In this document: in pieces, positions 1 to 11,027 of the stretch | Position numbering within the stretch: position 1 is the first letter of the stretch | Layout of the letters: every line of letters begins with the position of its first letter | From: Chlorokybus atmophyticus | Lineage: Eukaryota > Plantae > Mesostigma and Chlorokybus algae | Length of the DNA: 64,000 nucleotides | NCBI GenBank assembly: GCA_009103225.1 | Contig: RHPI01002090.1 | Coordinates: 830,414 to 894,413 of the forward strand | Direction of reading: 5' to 3' | The notes under the pieces: model-generated | Told to the model about the DNA's origin: nothing | The model's database searches: none | What the model saw: only the letters and a program-made list of their open reading frames with translations | Made by a program: the position numbers and the translations under genes

Positions 1-1101
1 TCTGCAGTCCCCTCTCCCTCCTCTACGCATAGAATAGCTTGGGGCATAAGAATTTGTTTATTTATTTTACACACGTTATCAACAAATTATGTAAATAAGA
101 ATGTTGCTATGCTGCTAGACTATTCCACTATAGTTGTCGTTGTTTTGTATGCGATAGCTCATATTATCATCATCGATGCTATTAAAATATCCAACAACAA
201 CGAATAATCAACAATAAAAAGTTAGTGGTATAAACTCATCTTACATGACTTTAAACATGAAACAATGGGACTTGCATGAAGTGGAACGTGTACGACGTAG
301 GCAGGCACTGTCGAATGCTGACACGCAGTTGGTACGTTAAGGCATGACAGTGTCATATTGACGGTGTCAATGATGTGTCTGCGGGCGCGCCGGCGCACTT
401 TTACCGCCTGTTTCTTTGTTTTTGAGCCTGTGTGGCGCCCGCGCAGATTCACAATAACAACAACATCAGCAGGGGTCCGAGTCAACTGTCGACGCCTTGC
501 ATTGGTTTAGCGTACTTACCGCGCTCTGTCGCATCGCAGCCGTCGACAGTACGAGATCTCGGCTCGTGATCTGCCGGGCTCCGGTCTTAACGCGGTGCAA
601 GAGCCACTTGCAGGCTAGAACCCTTGCAGCAATGTGGTGCGGGCGATCGCGCTCGCTGCACTGAGCAGGGATGGCTGCAGCACCGTCTGAGCTGCAAGAC
701 CGGCTGGAATCCCTCATGCCCCGCCGCCGTCAGCAACTCTGCGCGGGATACACGCCCGGTCAGCAGCAACTGCCGCACTACGCAATGCGTCCGGCAAACC
801 ACACTGTGTTGTGGAATAACCACAAAATGTCGCGGGTGAAGCGCGGTTAAAGTCATCAGAACGGCAGATCTTGGTTTCACTGACCGAAAAGAGTTTTAGC
901 AACAGTCCGTTTCACGGTCAAACCGAGGCCGCGTCCCTCGGATATTCTCGCCAGTTTTTGCCGCGCAGGCTGAACGCAAAGCGTTGGCCACCTTCGTAGT
1001 TTTCGCAGTCGGGTAGTTGTTGTTGCAAGGCGGCGGCGGCGGTAGTAGTGGCGGTGAAGGCTGCGAGGAACACCGACGCACCCACCCGCATTCCTGTTAC
1101 C

Positions 1102-1939
1102 ATGGCGGAAGGCAAGAAGACCGGAGTCGTCAAGTGGTTCAACAGCAGCAAGGTGAGTCTACGACGGTGTCGTCGTACTAGCTGGGGTCGCCTCGCCTGT
1201 TGCATGCACTGTATTTGCAGCTGCGAGTTCTTTAGCTCTTTAGCTTGCTGTAGACAACCTAGCGGCCATGTCACGCTAGTTTTCGTCGCATGTTGCTTTC
1301 GTCGTTTGCCTTGCCTGCGGGCATGTAACACAGTGCATGCTTCCAGGGCTTTGGCTTCATCACCCCCAGCGATGGAGGCGATGATCTCTTCGTCCATCAG
1401 ACTGTGATTCATGCTGAAGGCTTCCGGTCCCTCCGTGAGGGAGAGGCTGTGGAGTTTAACGTCGAGAACAGCGACGATGGCAGGACAAAGGCCCTTGACG
1501 TGACTGGACCCAACGGAGCCTATGTTCAAGTAAGGATGCTGCTTCACACTGAACCTGGCCACATGACACGGCCGCTCATCTGCCCTATTGCCTTTTGTCA
1601 AGCAACAGCTTGAATTCATTGCAGTGTCAGTGCCTGCTGCCCTTGGCGACGTTGGTACTGTAGGCCCGTGTAGTTTACACGTGCTGCCTGTTGCAGGGTG
1701 CACCCAGGCGCGATGGCTACGACCAGCAAGAGGACCGTCGCGGTGGAAACGGTGGTGGTTATGCTCCTCGCGGAGGCTACGGCGGCGGCGGTGGTCGCGG
1801 TGGTGGAGGTGGTCGCGGTGGCGGTCGTGGCGGTTACGGCGCTGGCGGCGGCGGCGGCGGCGGCGGCGGCGAGCGCAGGTGTTACAACTGCAACGGAAGC
1901 GGGCATATCGCCCGTGACTGCACTACTGTTGCACAGTAG
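1102..1939 (+). CDS. Plant-type cold-shock domain protein with Gly-rich region and one CCHC zinc knuckle (CSP/GRP2-like), 3 exons: 1102-1152, 1347-1529, 1697-1939
   Basis: Spliced [20 protein letters not shown]|[18 protein letters not shown]...[10 protein letters not shown]|GAPRR...[17 protein letters not shown]1/RNP2-like CSD motifs and GT-AG introns in phase. Confidence 0.93.
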
Positions 1940-3043
1940 ACCTGTGCTTTGCTGGCGTCTGCTTTTCCTTGGGTTCCCTGGCCGGTGCTAGTTCACCTGT
2001 CTGTCTTTTGTTGAGAACTGAAAATGCGCCTGGCCCAGGGAGTACGACCGAGAGCAGTACCAGTAGCTGTGGGCTGAGGGGTGAGTGAGGAGAAGAGAGA
2101 GTGAGAGAGGGAAGACAAGAGATGGAGGGAGGGAGGGAGGGTCTCTGCGTCGAGGGTTGTTTTTTGGTTTGCTAGTATTGTTGTAATTGCAGTAAGTGGC
2201 GGCTGGATTGGTTTGCCGCGCGGGTCTTTCCTACCCTTCCTTCACGGCATTGCGCTGAATGGATGACAGGCTCTCTACCCTACTCAGCTGCTAAGGCACG
2301 GCTTCAAGCTGCGCGATAGCGGCGGTATTAACGCTGGAGAATTGCTGCTTAGATCCGCTGTGCAGCACTGGTGCAGTTCGGTTGTTCACGGTCAGTCTTG
2401 CATAAGTTGTACTTTGGCTTTGGATTTCATCACGCTTCGACGGTGTAATTGTGGGAAATATCAGCTGCTGCTTACACAATGTGTCTGTGCTTTGTGTACC
2501 TTGCCAACTGCTATCACCTGTGGAGCATGCATGAAGTCAAGCTGACAAGTTCTTGCATGGTCCCTTGTATGAATCTCGCAACGTGAAAGTGAAGGATGTT
2601 TGTGTTGGTATGTGATACATTTGCAGCCAAGGCACAAAGTGGCCAGGGTAAATACTTGCCCGTGTCAGCATGCAATGCACGTGATGCTGTTTCCATGCAT
2701 GACAACTTGTGCATGCTTCAGTGATTGGAGATAGGTTGAGCAACCAGCTGGTTCGCTGAATGCTGTCTGATCAGGGGTAAAGGCTATTTACGCAGGCGGT
2801 GTATGAAAGATGGTAGGCTAGATTGTTGTGCATGCTATGGTGCAAGTGAGGTGCAAAGGGGATAAGATGCAGATTGTATGATGTAATTCTGCAAACCTAT
2901 GCAACAACCCAATCATCGCAATAGTCACCAACTGGATCACTGCGCTAGAACGTGGCTACGCGTCATCTGCTAACTGCCCCTAACTCTACCACTACCACTA
3001 CTGTATATTATACGCTCTGCAGGAAGGTGTGTGCTGATATACA

Positions 3044-3495
3044 CAACCCCACCACCCAACCCCACCGCAGCACCTGACTGCCACTGGCACCCCAACCCCT
3101 AGCACACTGCACTGGCAGGACTAGCGGCATTGAACCACTACTGCCCGTGAGGGCGAGTCGCGGCAGGCATGCCAGCAGTAGCATACTGCTGACGTAGGCG
3201 ATGCAACCCTGGCTGCGTCAACAGCAGCACGTAGTGCAAGGAGCGCACGTACTGCAAGCAGGGAGGCGGCAGGAAAGAGGCGGAGAGAGAGGGAGACAGA
3301 GGAGGGGGAGTAACTACGCATGTTGACTAACGGGGCAAGGGCTTAGCGAAGGTAGCTTCCTAGTATGTATAGGTAGCCCGGTGGTGTAACAAGTTGTTGT
3401 TTGCTGGCGTGTGCGAGTGCGCTTGTGTTTGCATGTGTCATGCATGTGCACAATGCAATGGGGTCACATGCATAGCATTGCATATACGCTACACA
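3044..3495 (+). repeat. 5' pseudo-LTR of the PLE (452 bp, intron-less version)
   Basis: By eye identical to 6737-7267 except for a missing 75-nt block and a 4-nt indel. Confidence 0.95.
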
Positions 3496-3784
3496 CACTG
3501 CCCTGGTTGGTCAGTCCGACCGTCCCAAGCCAGAGGCCAGCCCAGCGCGCTTGCGCCATTTTGGGTAAGCGGCTGGCTACCCTATGCTACGGCATGGGTT
3601 CGTGCATGACACACATGCGTTGTGTTTGACGGATGGTCATGGGTGTGGGTGTGCTGTACGTGGTGAGTGCTTGACCGGGAGCACTCTGCATGTGGAATTA
3701 CTTTAGTTGGCCAGTGTATGGTTAGCTGCAAGTAGTGCCCACCCCGTTGGCTCATACATAGCAGTGCTACAAGGGAGCAGCGCC

Positions 3785-6625
3785 ATGGCGTCACCGACAT
3801 GAGATTGGCAGAACATCAAGGCTCGTGTGTTGGATGTGCATGGGCATTGGCAGCTGCCAGTGTTGAGGAGGCTACGCAAGCGAGTCCTACACATTTTGCA
3901 CACACCCTGGCGCCTGTCACCTACTGAAGACGACCACGTCATTTACGTCATCTACCTTCTGACTGGTTCAAAGAAGTGTTACGTTGGCATGACAGTGAAT
4001 TCGGCATTTCAGCGGTTCCAAGGACATTGGAGAGCTGCACAGCATGCTACTGCTACGTTGCTGGAACAAACCATGTGCAAGATACCGGTGCAGTCGTGGG
4101 GAGTGTCACCGGTGGAGCACATCCCGCCCTTGCCCAATGAAACCAACGATGATTGGCACCACCGTGCTGCACAGAAGGAGTGGTTGTGGACCCAGCGTTT
4201 GCGTACGCACGTGCCTCGCGGATACAATGTGGAACATAGCCCCTACAAAAGTGCAAGACTACCACACTGGAGACGCCAACAGTTGAGGAGGCAACCGCAA
4301 CCACGGCCTCATGAACGACCTGGCAGAATATTTGGCTACAGAGATTTCTTCAGGCGCATCCAGAGACTGGCTGAGCGTGTACAACAACAACGCCTGACTC
4401 TGGCAAGTCTGCTCAAGTTCAAGCAGCTGAACTTGTGCAAAATGTTAAACGTACTACAACATACAGCACCACAAGACCTGCACGTGCTGCCCAGTCATGC
4501 TGCAACACTCAAAGAAGCCCTACAGCGTCTACTAGCCAACTACCCAACTGCATTGCCGCAAACCCGCAATGCCAGGTTGCTGATAGCATGCCCGTTTGCG
4601 AATGGCGCTGCTGAGGAACTACAGCTACAAAAACTGCTGTCACACCCCTTGCTGCTGGCAACGCTGCCTGCACACCTGCAAGCACGCCTGGGCCAACCAC
4701 TAGTGGTATGGCGTTGTAGTCAAACGGTGGGAAGAATGCTGTGCAATCGCACAAGGGAGCTCCTGACATCAACCGCCCTGCAGCAAGTACACATCATGTC
4801 GGCTGCGCAGTGTGTGTGTCAACAACCCAAGTGGAGAACACAGCTGCATGCAGATCTGCATCATGTAGTGAGCTGTGATTACAACCGTGTGACATGCTCG
4901 GACGTGCTGCGCACCATACTGCAGCGTGGGGCCAAGTTTCGGAGCCAGGTGCCGGCTGACGTCGCCGTGTGTTGGCCAGCAATCACATCAGCGGTGTCGA
5001 GTTTTGCAAGTGACCTGGAGGAGAAGTGGGGCCAACCTTTCGTGCTACAACAGTGGGTAACAACATTGTTGTCGCTGGTACGCCAACGTGCGGATGCCAT
5101 TGCCGCAATGCCTGAGTACCAGAGACAAAGCCAGGCACCAGATACTGTGGCGCCGTGGGATGCTGCAGCTTTGAAGCTCTTGCACCGTGACTTTATCATT
5201 ACGGAAGTTGACAAGTGCACCGGCACTCTGGTGGCGGTCTGCAAGAAACATTATTGGCTGTGCTTGACACAAGAGCTGATGACAGAGACATATGAACGTG
5301 AAGATGCACCAGCCCAAGCAGTGCTGCAACGGCATGAACAATGGAATCAACAGCACAACTACTGTACAGCGAAATTGCGCCAACAGCCAAAGCTACCGCA
5401 CTTGTACCTGTTGTTTAAGCTGCACAAGAATCCGCCTCAGCCGCGCTTCATAGCAGCGGCGCGTGACACTTCGCTGGCGGATGCTAGTGTGTGGCTGAGC
5501 AGAGGCTATCAATGTATGACACCTATTTGGCATCAGCTGTGGGAGGAAGTAGTGGGACTGCCAGCAATACAGCACAACTGGATTATGAAGGATTCAGGCG
5601 CTTTTGGGAGACTGCAAACGGCATTGAACACCACACGCACGCTGCGAGACAAGCGCCAGCATTTGGTACTGCGCACTTTTGACTTCTCCACCCTGTATAC
5701 ACGCATACGACACAGCGATTTACTCCAGCGCATGCGCCGCTTGGTGGATGCCACGTTTCACATGCGGCACCAAAGGACCTGTGCTACACACTTGCACTTG
5801 ACCGTGAAACAAGATGGCTCCGTACAGCACCATTGGACAGCAGCAGCACAGTACCGAACGGATGAGGAGGGCCATTGGCGAACATTCACTGCTGCGTCCA
5901 TGCATGAAGTACTGGCGTTTGTGTTGGACAACTTGTTTATACGCACGGCGAGTGATGAGCTGTACAAGCAGCGCGTGGGCATCCCCATGGGCAATAGTGC
6001 GGGCGTACACTTAGCCAACGGAGACTTGTTAACATATGAGTTGGAGTTTATGCAGCGCTTGCGTCAGCAGGGACACGTACAACTGTTGCAACAATGTGCC
6101 CACGGCATCTTGCGCTACATTGATGATCTGTTTGTCGTGGGAGTACCAGATTTTCAGCAACTGCTGTGCATGGATCCGCATGTGCCCGGAGGAGGCTTGT
6201 ACCCGCAAGACAGCCTCACCGTCACACAAACAGCTGTGGGTACAAAACTGCCATTTTTGGACTTGGAGGTGTTTCAAACTGAGGACGGCATCTGCACCAA
6301 ACTGTACAGTAAACGAGACTTGCCAGCCTACTCCGCTATACCGTGCCACCGCGCGCCGTTGCCAACCTCAAACACCCCACGCGCTGTGCAGCTGGGTGTC
6401 ATCAGCTCGCAGTATGCGCGCTTCACCCGCGTTTGCACATACAGAGCACACTTCCTCACAGCCATGACGGACTTATTGCACGCCATGCAACATGATGGAC
6501 ACCCTTTGAACAAGCTGCTGACTACCCTGAGGCAACGCCTACTGCGCAGCAAGGACTATGTTTACTGTACACCACCAATGCTGTTGTACATGATGGTGGT
6601 GAAGAAAGTCAAGCAGCAACCATAA
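3785..6625 (+). CDS. PLE polyprotein: GIY-YIG endonuclease + CxC + reverse transcriptase + thumb; one in-frame TGA at 3800-3802
   Basis: VIYVIY..CYVGMT..RF..H and E..W..RLRTHVPRGYN (GIY-YIG); AQCVCQ (CxC); RTFDFSTLYT, QRVGIPMG, LRYIDD, LPFLDL (RT motifs). The frame is open from 3803 to 6625. ATG 3785 (gccATGg) is in the same frame. Confidence 0.88.
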
Positions 6626-6736
6626 CGCTGACGACACAGTGCATCTGCCGGCGTTACACACTGCTGGACAAGCATCATGCGCGGGGAGCAAGCTGCATGG
6701 TAATAGCAGCTTGCCCGTGCGAAGGACGTGTCACTC

Positions 6737-7267
6737 CAACCCCACCACCCAACCCCACCGCAGCACCTGACTGCCACTGGCACCCCAACCCCTAGCACAC
6801 TGCACTGGCAGGACTAGCGGCATTGAACCACTACTGCCCGTGAGGGCGAGTCGCGGCAGGCATGCCAGCAGTAGCATACTGCTGACGTAGGCGATGCAAC
6901 CCTGGCTGCGTCAACAGCAGCACGTAGTGCAAGGAGCGCACGTACTGCAAGCAGGGAGGCGGCAGGAAAGAGGCGGAGAGAGAGGGAGACAGAGGAGGGG
7001 GAGTCCGTCTGCTGTCTGCTACTGCTACCGCTCAGCCTCACCCGGTGCCTAACTGTTGGAATCGCCATTGTGTACAGGTAACTACGCATGCATGTTGACT
7101 AACGGGGCAAGGGCTTAGCGAAGGTAGCTTCCTAGTATGTATAGGTAGCCCGGTGGTGTAACAAGTTGTTGTTTGCTGGCGTGTGCGAGTGCGCTTGTGT
7201 TTGCATGTGTCATGCATGTGCACAATGCAATGGGGTCACATGCATAGCATTGCATATACGCTACACA
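6737..7267 (+). repeat. 3' pseudo-LTR of the PLE (531 bp, retains 75-nt intron-like block 7003-7077)
   Basis: Direct repeat of 3044-3495. Confidence 0.95.
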
Positions 7268-7936
7268 GCTGAATTGTTAACATATTCTGTGGACAAACGC
7301 CACCAGCCAATGCTTGGTCGTGCAAGTATATGTTTGCTATAACATGTGAAATATGCTAGACGAAGAAGTCATCCACAAAGCGAGACACACCCTGCACTCT
7401 TTGCCCTATAACTTATATACCTTATGCACATAATGCAAGCGCCGGCTGACCGGGTCTCCAACGCTGAATGAACTCAAACTCATGTGTACAAAAAACTCAT
7501 GTGTGAGTAGGAAGAAATTTGCAACGAAAACACCTGCGGGTACGCCCATGGGGATACAATTGACTTGCTTGTGAAGTTAATCATGCGCTGTTTGAACATG
7601 CTATCACGAACATGAACTAAATTTGTGCGGCCGCTCACTGCATGCACCGTCTTTATGCTCATGAAGGGATAAGGGGTGGCGTTGGGGAGTATAAAACGCA
7701 TTTGGCTTGACTTCACATTGTCCATGTCCCATAGGATATGCATGTGGAGTACCGTATGAATGCAACATAAGCGCACTTGGGCTGGTAAAAGGCTGCAGAT
7801 TACCAGCACACTCTGCAACAGTTTAAAGCAGCGCAAAGTACACCAAAACTATCCTGAGGTACAAGGCAACTGTGCAGTGGGTGTAGCTGTAACAGCCGGA
7901 TTGGTCAAACAATGTTACATAGATGAGCTACCAACG

Positions 7937-9946
7937 TCAAGCCATGCGCAACTCATAATTGCCAGCCATGGTAATATATCGGACCCATGGCAGAGCCTGA
8001 TACCCACTCTTCTCTATGATTTTCAAATAACGCACCTGCGCAATGTGTAAACAAGTGAGCTGCTATGAAGACAGCCTGCTGGCAAACTCGTATGGTGGCA
8101 TTGCGAACCAGCAGCTGCAGCAGAATAAATGACAAGCAGACCTGAATGCCAGACACCGTGAAATAAGGAATCTCGAACTTGACACGAATGGGTGGCTTCT
8201 TCTCCGGAGCACCATCATCTTCCGCAGCAACGGACGGCAGGGAGAATCGTGCACGAAGCACATACTCCTTGCCACCTGGAAACGACTTGATCTTCCACAG
8301 CAGCGCTTCTTGCTCTGGGGCATATGTTGCACTGCCCATGCTCGCACGCACAGCTGGTGTGGTTGCATCAGCCGGCACCGGTAGTACAATCTCCACACTC
8401 TACCGTGATGTGGACCACATCAGTGTCCACGCCACCAGAATGGGCGCTGCAGCAAAAATGACAATGTCTGCTCATGCTTGCCTGTGCTGTTGAGCGCTCT
8501 TTAAATTGACTGCGGGCCTTGACCAGATACTCCACGCGACTCCGACTGTGTCTCTCCACAGTGCACTCAACCCAGATCAGGGGACGCACCTGGGTGCCAA
8601 TTGGGGTAAGCTTTCAGGTACTGGCGACATGCAACCCAACAGATATCACTCAAGGACTCCATGTACCCATGCAGGAACTACTGTTCCCAACCCACCTGTG
8701 TGCTCAGCCGGTATGTCATGAGATCGAATGCTCCATCCGGTGGTATGAATGATATAGTGCGGTCATTTTCAAATCGCGCCAACCGCACGCACCTGTGAGT
8801 TGATGGTGACTGTCAGCTGGGGCTTTGTATTTCTGCCACTACTTGGCTGACAGGCGGGTACTAGCATTCAACTAAAGCTTACTGATGAAACTTGATGTCA
8901 TCCAGCTCCACCGCTTTCCCCTTGGAGTTCCTGCCCTGGGCTTCCAACAAAACCTTATCGTTGAGGCCAAGCTTGCACTCAGGCATGCCGCTAAGGTATG
9001 TCCTGAGTTTGAGTGCGCCAACAACCTCAGAACGTACAAGGGTGCCATTGCTGTTCACCAGCAGGTTGACACTTTCTACTACATCCAGGAACACCTGTGC
9101 CAGCACTGACATGAGCTTGTATGGATCATGCGCATGCGTGGCCATATAGTGCAGTCTACTTGTCAACAAACCTCGTTCTTCTTGTATTTGATGCCCTCTG
9201 AGCGCCAGGATACTGCATTTGTGACAGCCATTGGTGGGCGTTGTGTAATTTCTGCCCTGTGAGCATCTGTCTTAATAAATTCACTGAGGATCTTAGCCTC
9301 TGTGTACTGGGGATAGCCATAGTCCATCATTTCATCCAGCAGCTCGTAAACAATCACAAAATTGTCACGCAGGGACTCTTCATTCAGCTCTTGAAAGTAG
9401 TGGTTGAACACCTGCAGATGCATGCAATCAGGATGTCCGGCAAAAAATGCAGATGGCATGGCGTAAGAGTCTGCATGCCTACCACAGCCAAATGCAATGC
9501 AAGCCTCACCTCAACAAGCTTATGCAGGAAGAGCAGCAAAGCTACTACATTGGCGTTGACACGAGAACACGCCATCAAGAACAGATTGGAGTGACGAATG
9601 TACACGTAAGTGACACCATCGTCGTGAATGACGGGCCGGAGGTCGCTCTCATTCTGCATGGCACATACGATCAACAAAATAGACTGGCCAGAGATAACAT
9701 TTACATGCAGTGGTTGTATCATGAGAAGTTCAAGTGCACCGGCAACAGGTTGAGGGTATGCGTCAGGCTGTGCGGTATCATGTTCAACCCTAGACGCCAG
9801 TCTGCATTGCATTGGATGCTCACCTCGGCCTCTGTGACTTTGGCCATGAAGCGCTCCACAGTGTGGTTGGAGACATCTCCACGGTAATCACGTGAGATTA
9901 AAATGCGACCCTTCAGATCAAGGACGTACACAGCAGACGCAACCAT
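7937..9946 (-). CDS. AP1M: AP-1 adaptor complex mu subunit (mu1-adaptin), multi-exon
   Basis: MVASAVYVLDLKGRILISRDYRGD; EESLRDNFVIVYELLDEMMDYGYPQ; VFLDVVESVN; LSGMPECKLGLNDK; YFTVSGIQ|VRYLKIIEKSGYQALPWVRYIT. Confidence 0.95.
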
Positions 9947-9998
9947 TGCAGCTGCTCTTGTAGTCTAGCTATGGCGTTTAATTTCTAGCTCTGCTTTG

Positions 9999-10656
9999 CT
10001 ACACGGCCTGGAGGGACGGTTCCTTCTTGTTTGGCGGCCTCGCCTTGACGGCAAGCGACTTGAGCACTTGGGATATGGCTGTGGGAACAACGTCCAACCG
10101 TACCAGTTCCAACAGCTGTTGAGCACACAAATCCCAAGTCAACAATAAAGTGCTATAGTGCAATTCGCTGACCGTTGCTATGCAATGACCATTCCTGTCT
10201 AATGCCGTGCGTCCAATGCTTGCACACGTACCACGTCGAAGATGTCTTGACGTAAATTGAGCCCGCTCAGCAATGTCAGTTCCTTAAGAGCCACAGCAAC
10301 TGCACCATGCACACATGATGTAAGCAGCATGTCCAGCTGCTTATGTCACGAACACTCCAAGCAAGCTACTTGCCAAGGTCAAAAAATCCCTCAAGCCAGT
10401 ACCAAAGCAAGATTGCCACGATCTGCGATGCTCGACAAATGGATAACCTACACAGTCCGAGGAAGAGGCAACGCACTGACGATTGGACCACTCTCAGGAC
10501 GCTAACTGAGGTGTTAAAATAAGTGCTACGATTCTCAGACTCAAACCGTTGCTGCACTGCAGTGGACAGCACCAACAGCTTGCAACGGTGGCAGGATCTA
10601 GTTGCAGTACCTTGCTCAGGGGTGAGAGGCTGTTGCACCGAAGGCAGATCGGCCAT
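9999..10656 (-). CDS. MZT2: MOZART2/MZT2-like gamma-tubulin ring complex microprotein, 76 aa, exons 10656-10611, 10299-10232, 10115-9999
   Basis: Three exons join in phase at GT-AG sites to give MADLPSVQQPLTPEQVAVALKELTLLSGLNLRQDIFDVLLELVRLDVVPTAISQVLKSLAVKARPPNKKEPSLQAV*. The core matches the recalled MZT2 pattern L.ELA..AG..ID.DVFKILVDLLKLNVAP.AVFQMLKSM. Confidence 0.78.
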
Positions 10657-10979
10657 GCGTAGTTGATTCGGATGTAATGTCCCTCTCTGCTTGCTCCCCC
10701 TCGTCAGCTGCCGCCGCCGCCGCCGCTACCAGGCCCCCCGAGCAGGCCTGCTACGTGGCAGTGCTAGGGTTTCCAACCAAGGAAACGAGGTAGTTCGTGT
10801 CAGCGCAGTGCGATTGCTGGCCTCAATGACGGTGGCGGGCAGCGCAGGGGTGCTTGCCGCGGCACACAGGCAAGTCAGCGGCATATTGCACAGGCGGGCA
10901 GCACAACGCGCAGTTGGTTAAGCTCGTGACATTCTTGTGCTCGACGGAAATAACTCGCTCCCTGCGTGCTCCCTCCCCC

Positions 10980-11027
10980 ATACCCATGAATCACGGACCA
11001 AAGATACCCATGAATCACGAACCAAAA
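10980..11027. repeat. 24-bp two-unit tandem repeat
   Basis: atacccatgaatcacg(g/a)accaaa(g/a) twice. Confidence 0.85.

Larger units (their letters stand above)
3044..7267 (+). mobile_element. Penelope-like retroelement with N-terminal GIY-YIG endonuclease (Chlamys/Naiad clade), bounded by direct pseudo-LTRs
   Basis: Single long ORF in the order EN, CxC linker, RT. Direct repeats at 3044-3495 and 6737-7267. No CxxC between the GIY and YIG strands, as described for Chlamys. Confidence 0.9.

Noticed and set aside
222-880. Gene on the minus strand divergent from CSP (donor GGTAAGT near 510, ORFs 466-717 and 222-485)
   Set aside because: Splice signals are plausible, but there is no recognisable protein and no consistent model.
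6628-6725. Hammerhead ribozyme in the PLE 3' UTR (CTGACGA at 6628-6634, GAAG at 6721)
   Set aside because: The second core is GAAG not GAAA, and stem II lacks the closing G-C pair. No canonical fold could be drawn.
6626-7267. SECIS element that would decode the TGA at 3800
   Set aside because: No ATGA..AA..GA kink-turn stem with correct spacing was found by eye.
3025-7280. Target-site duplication around the PLE
   Set aside because: GCTGA occurs near both ends but is not flush with the left boundary, so it is not a credible TSD.
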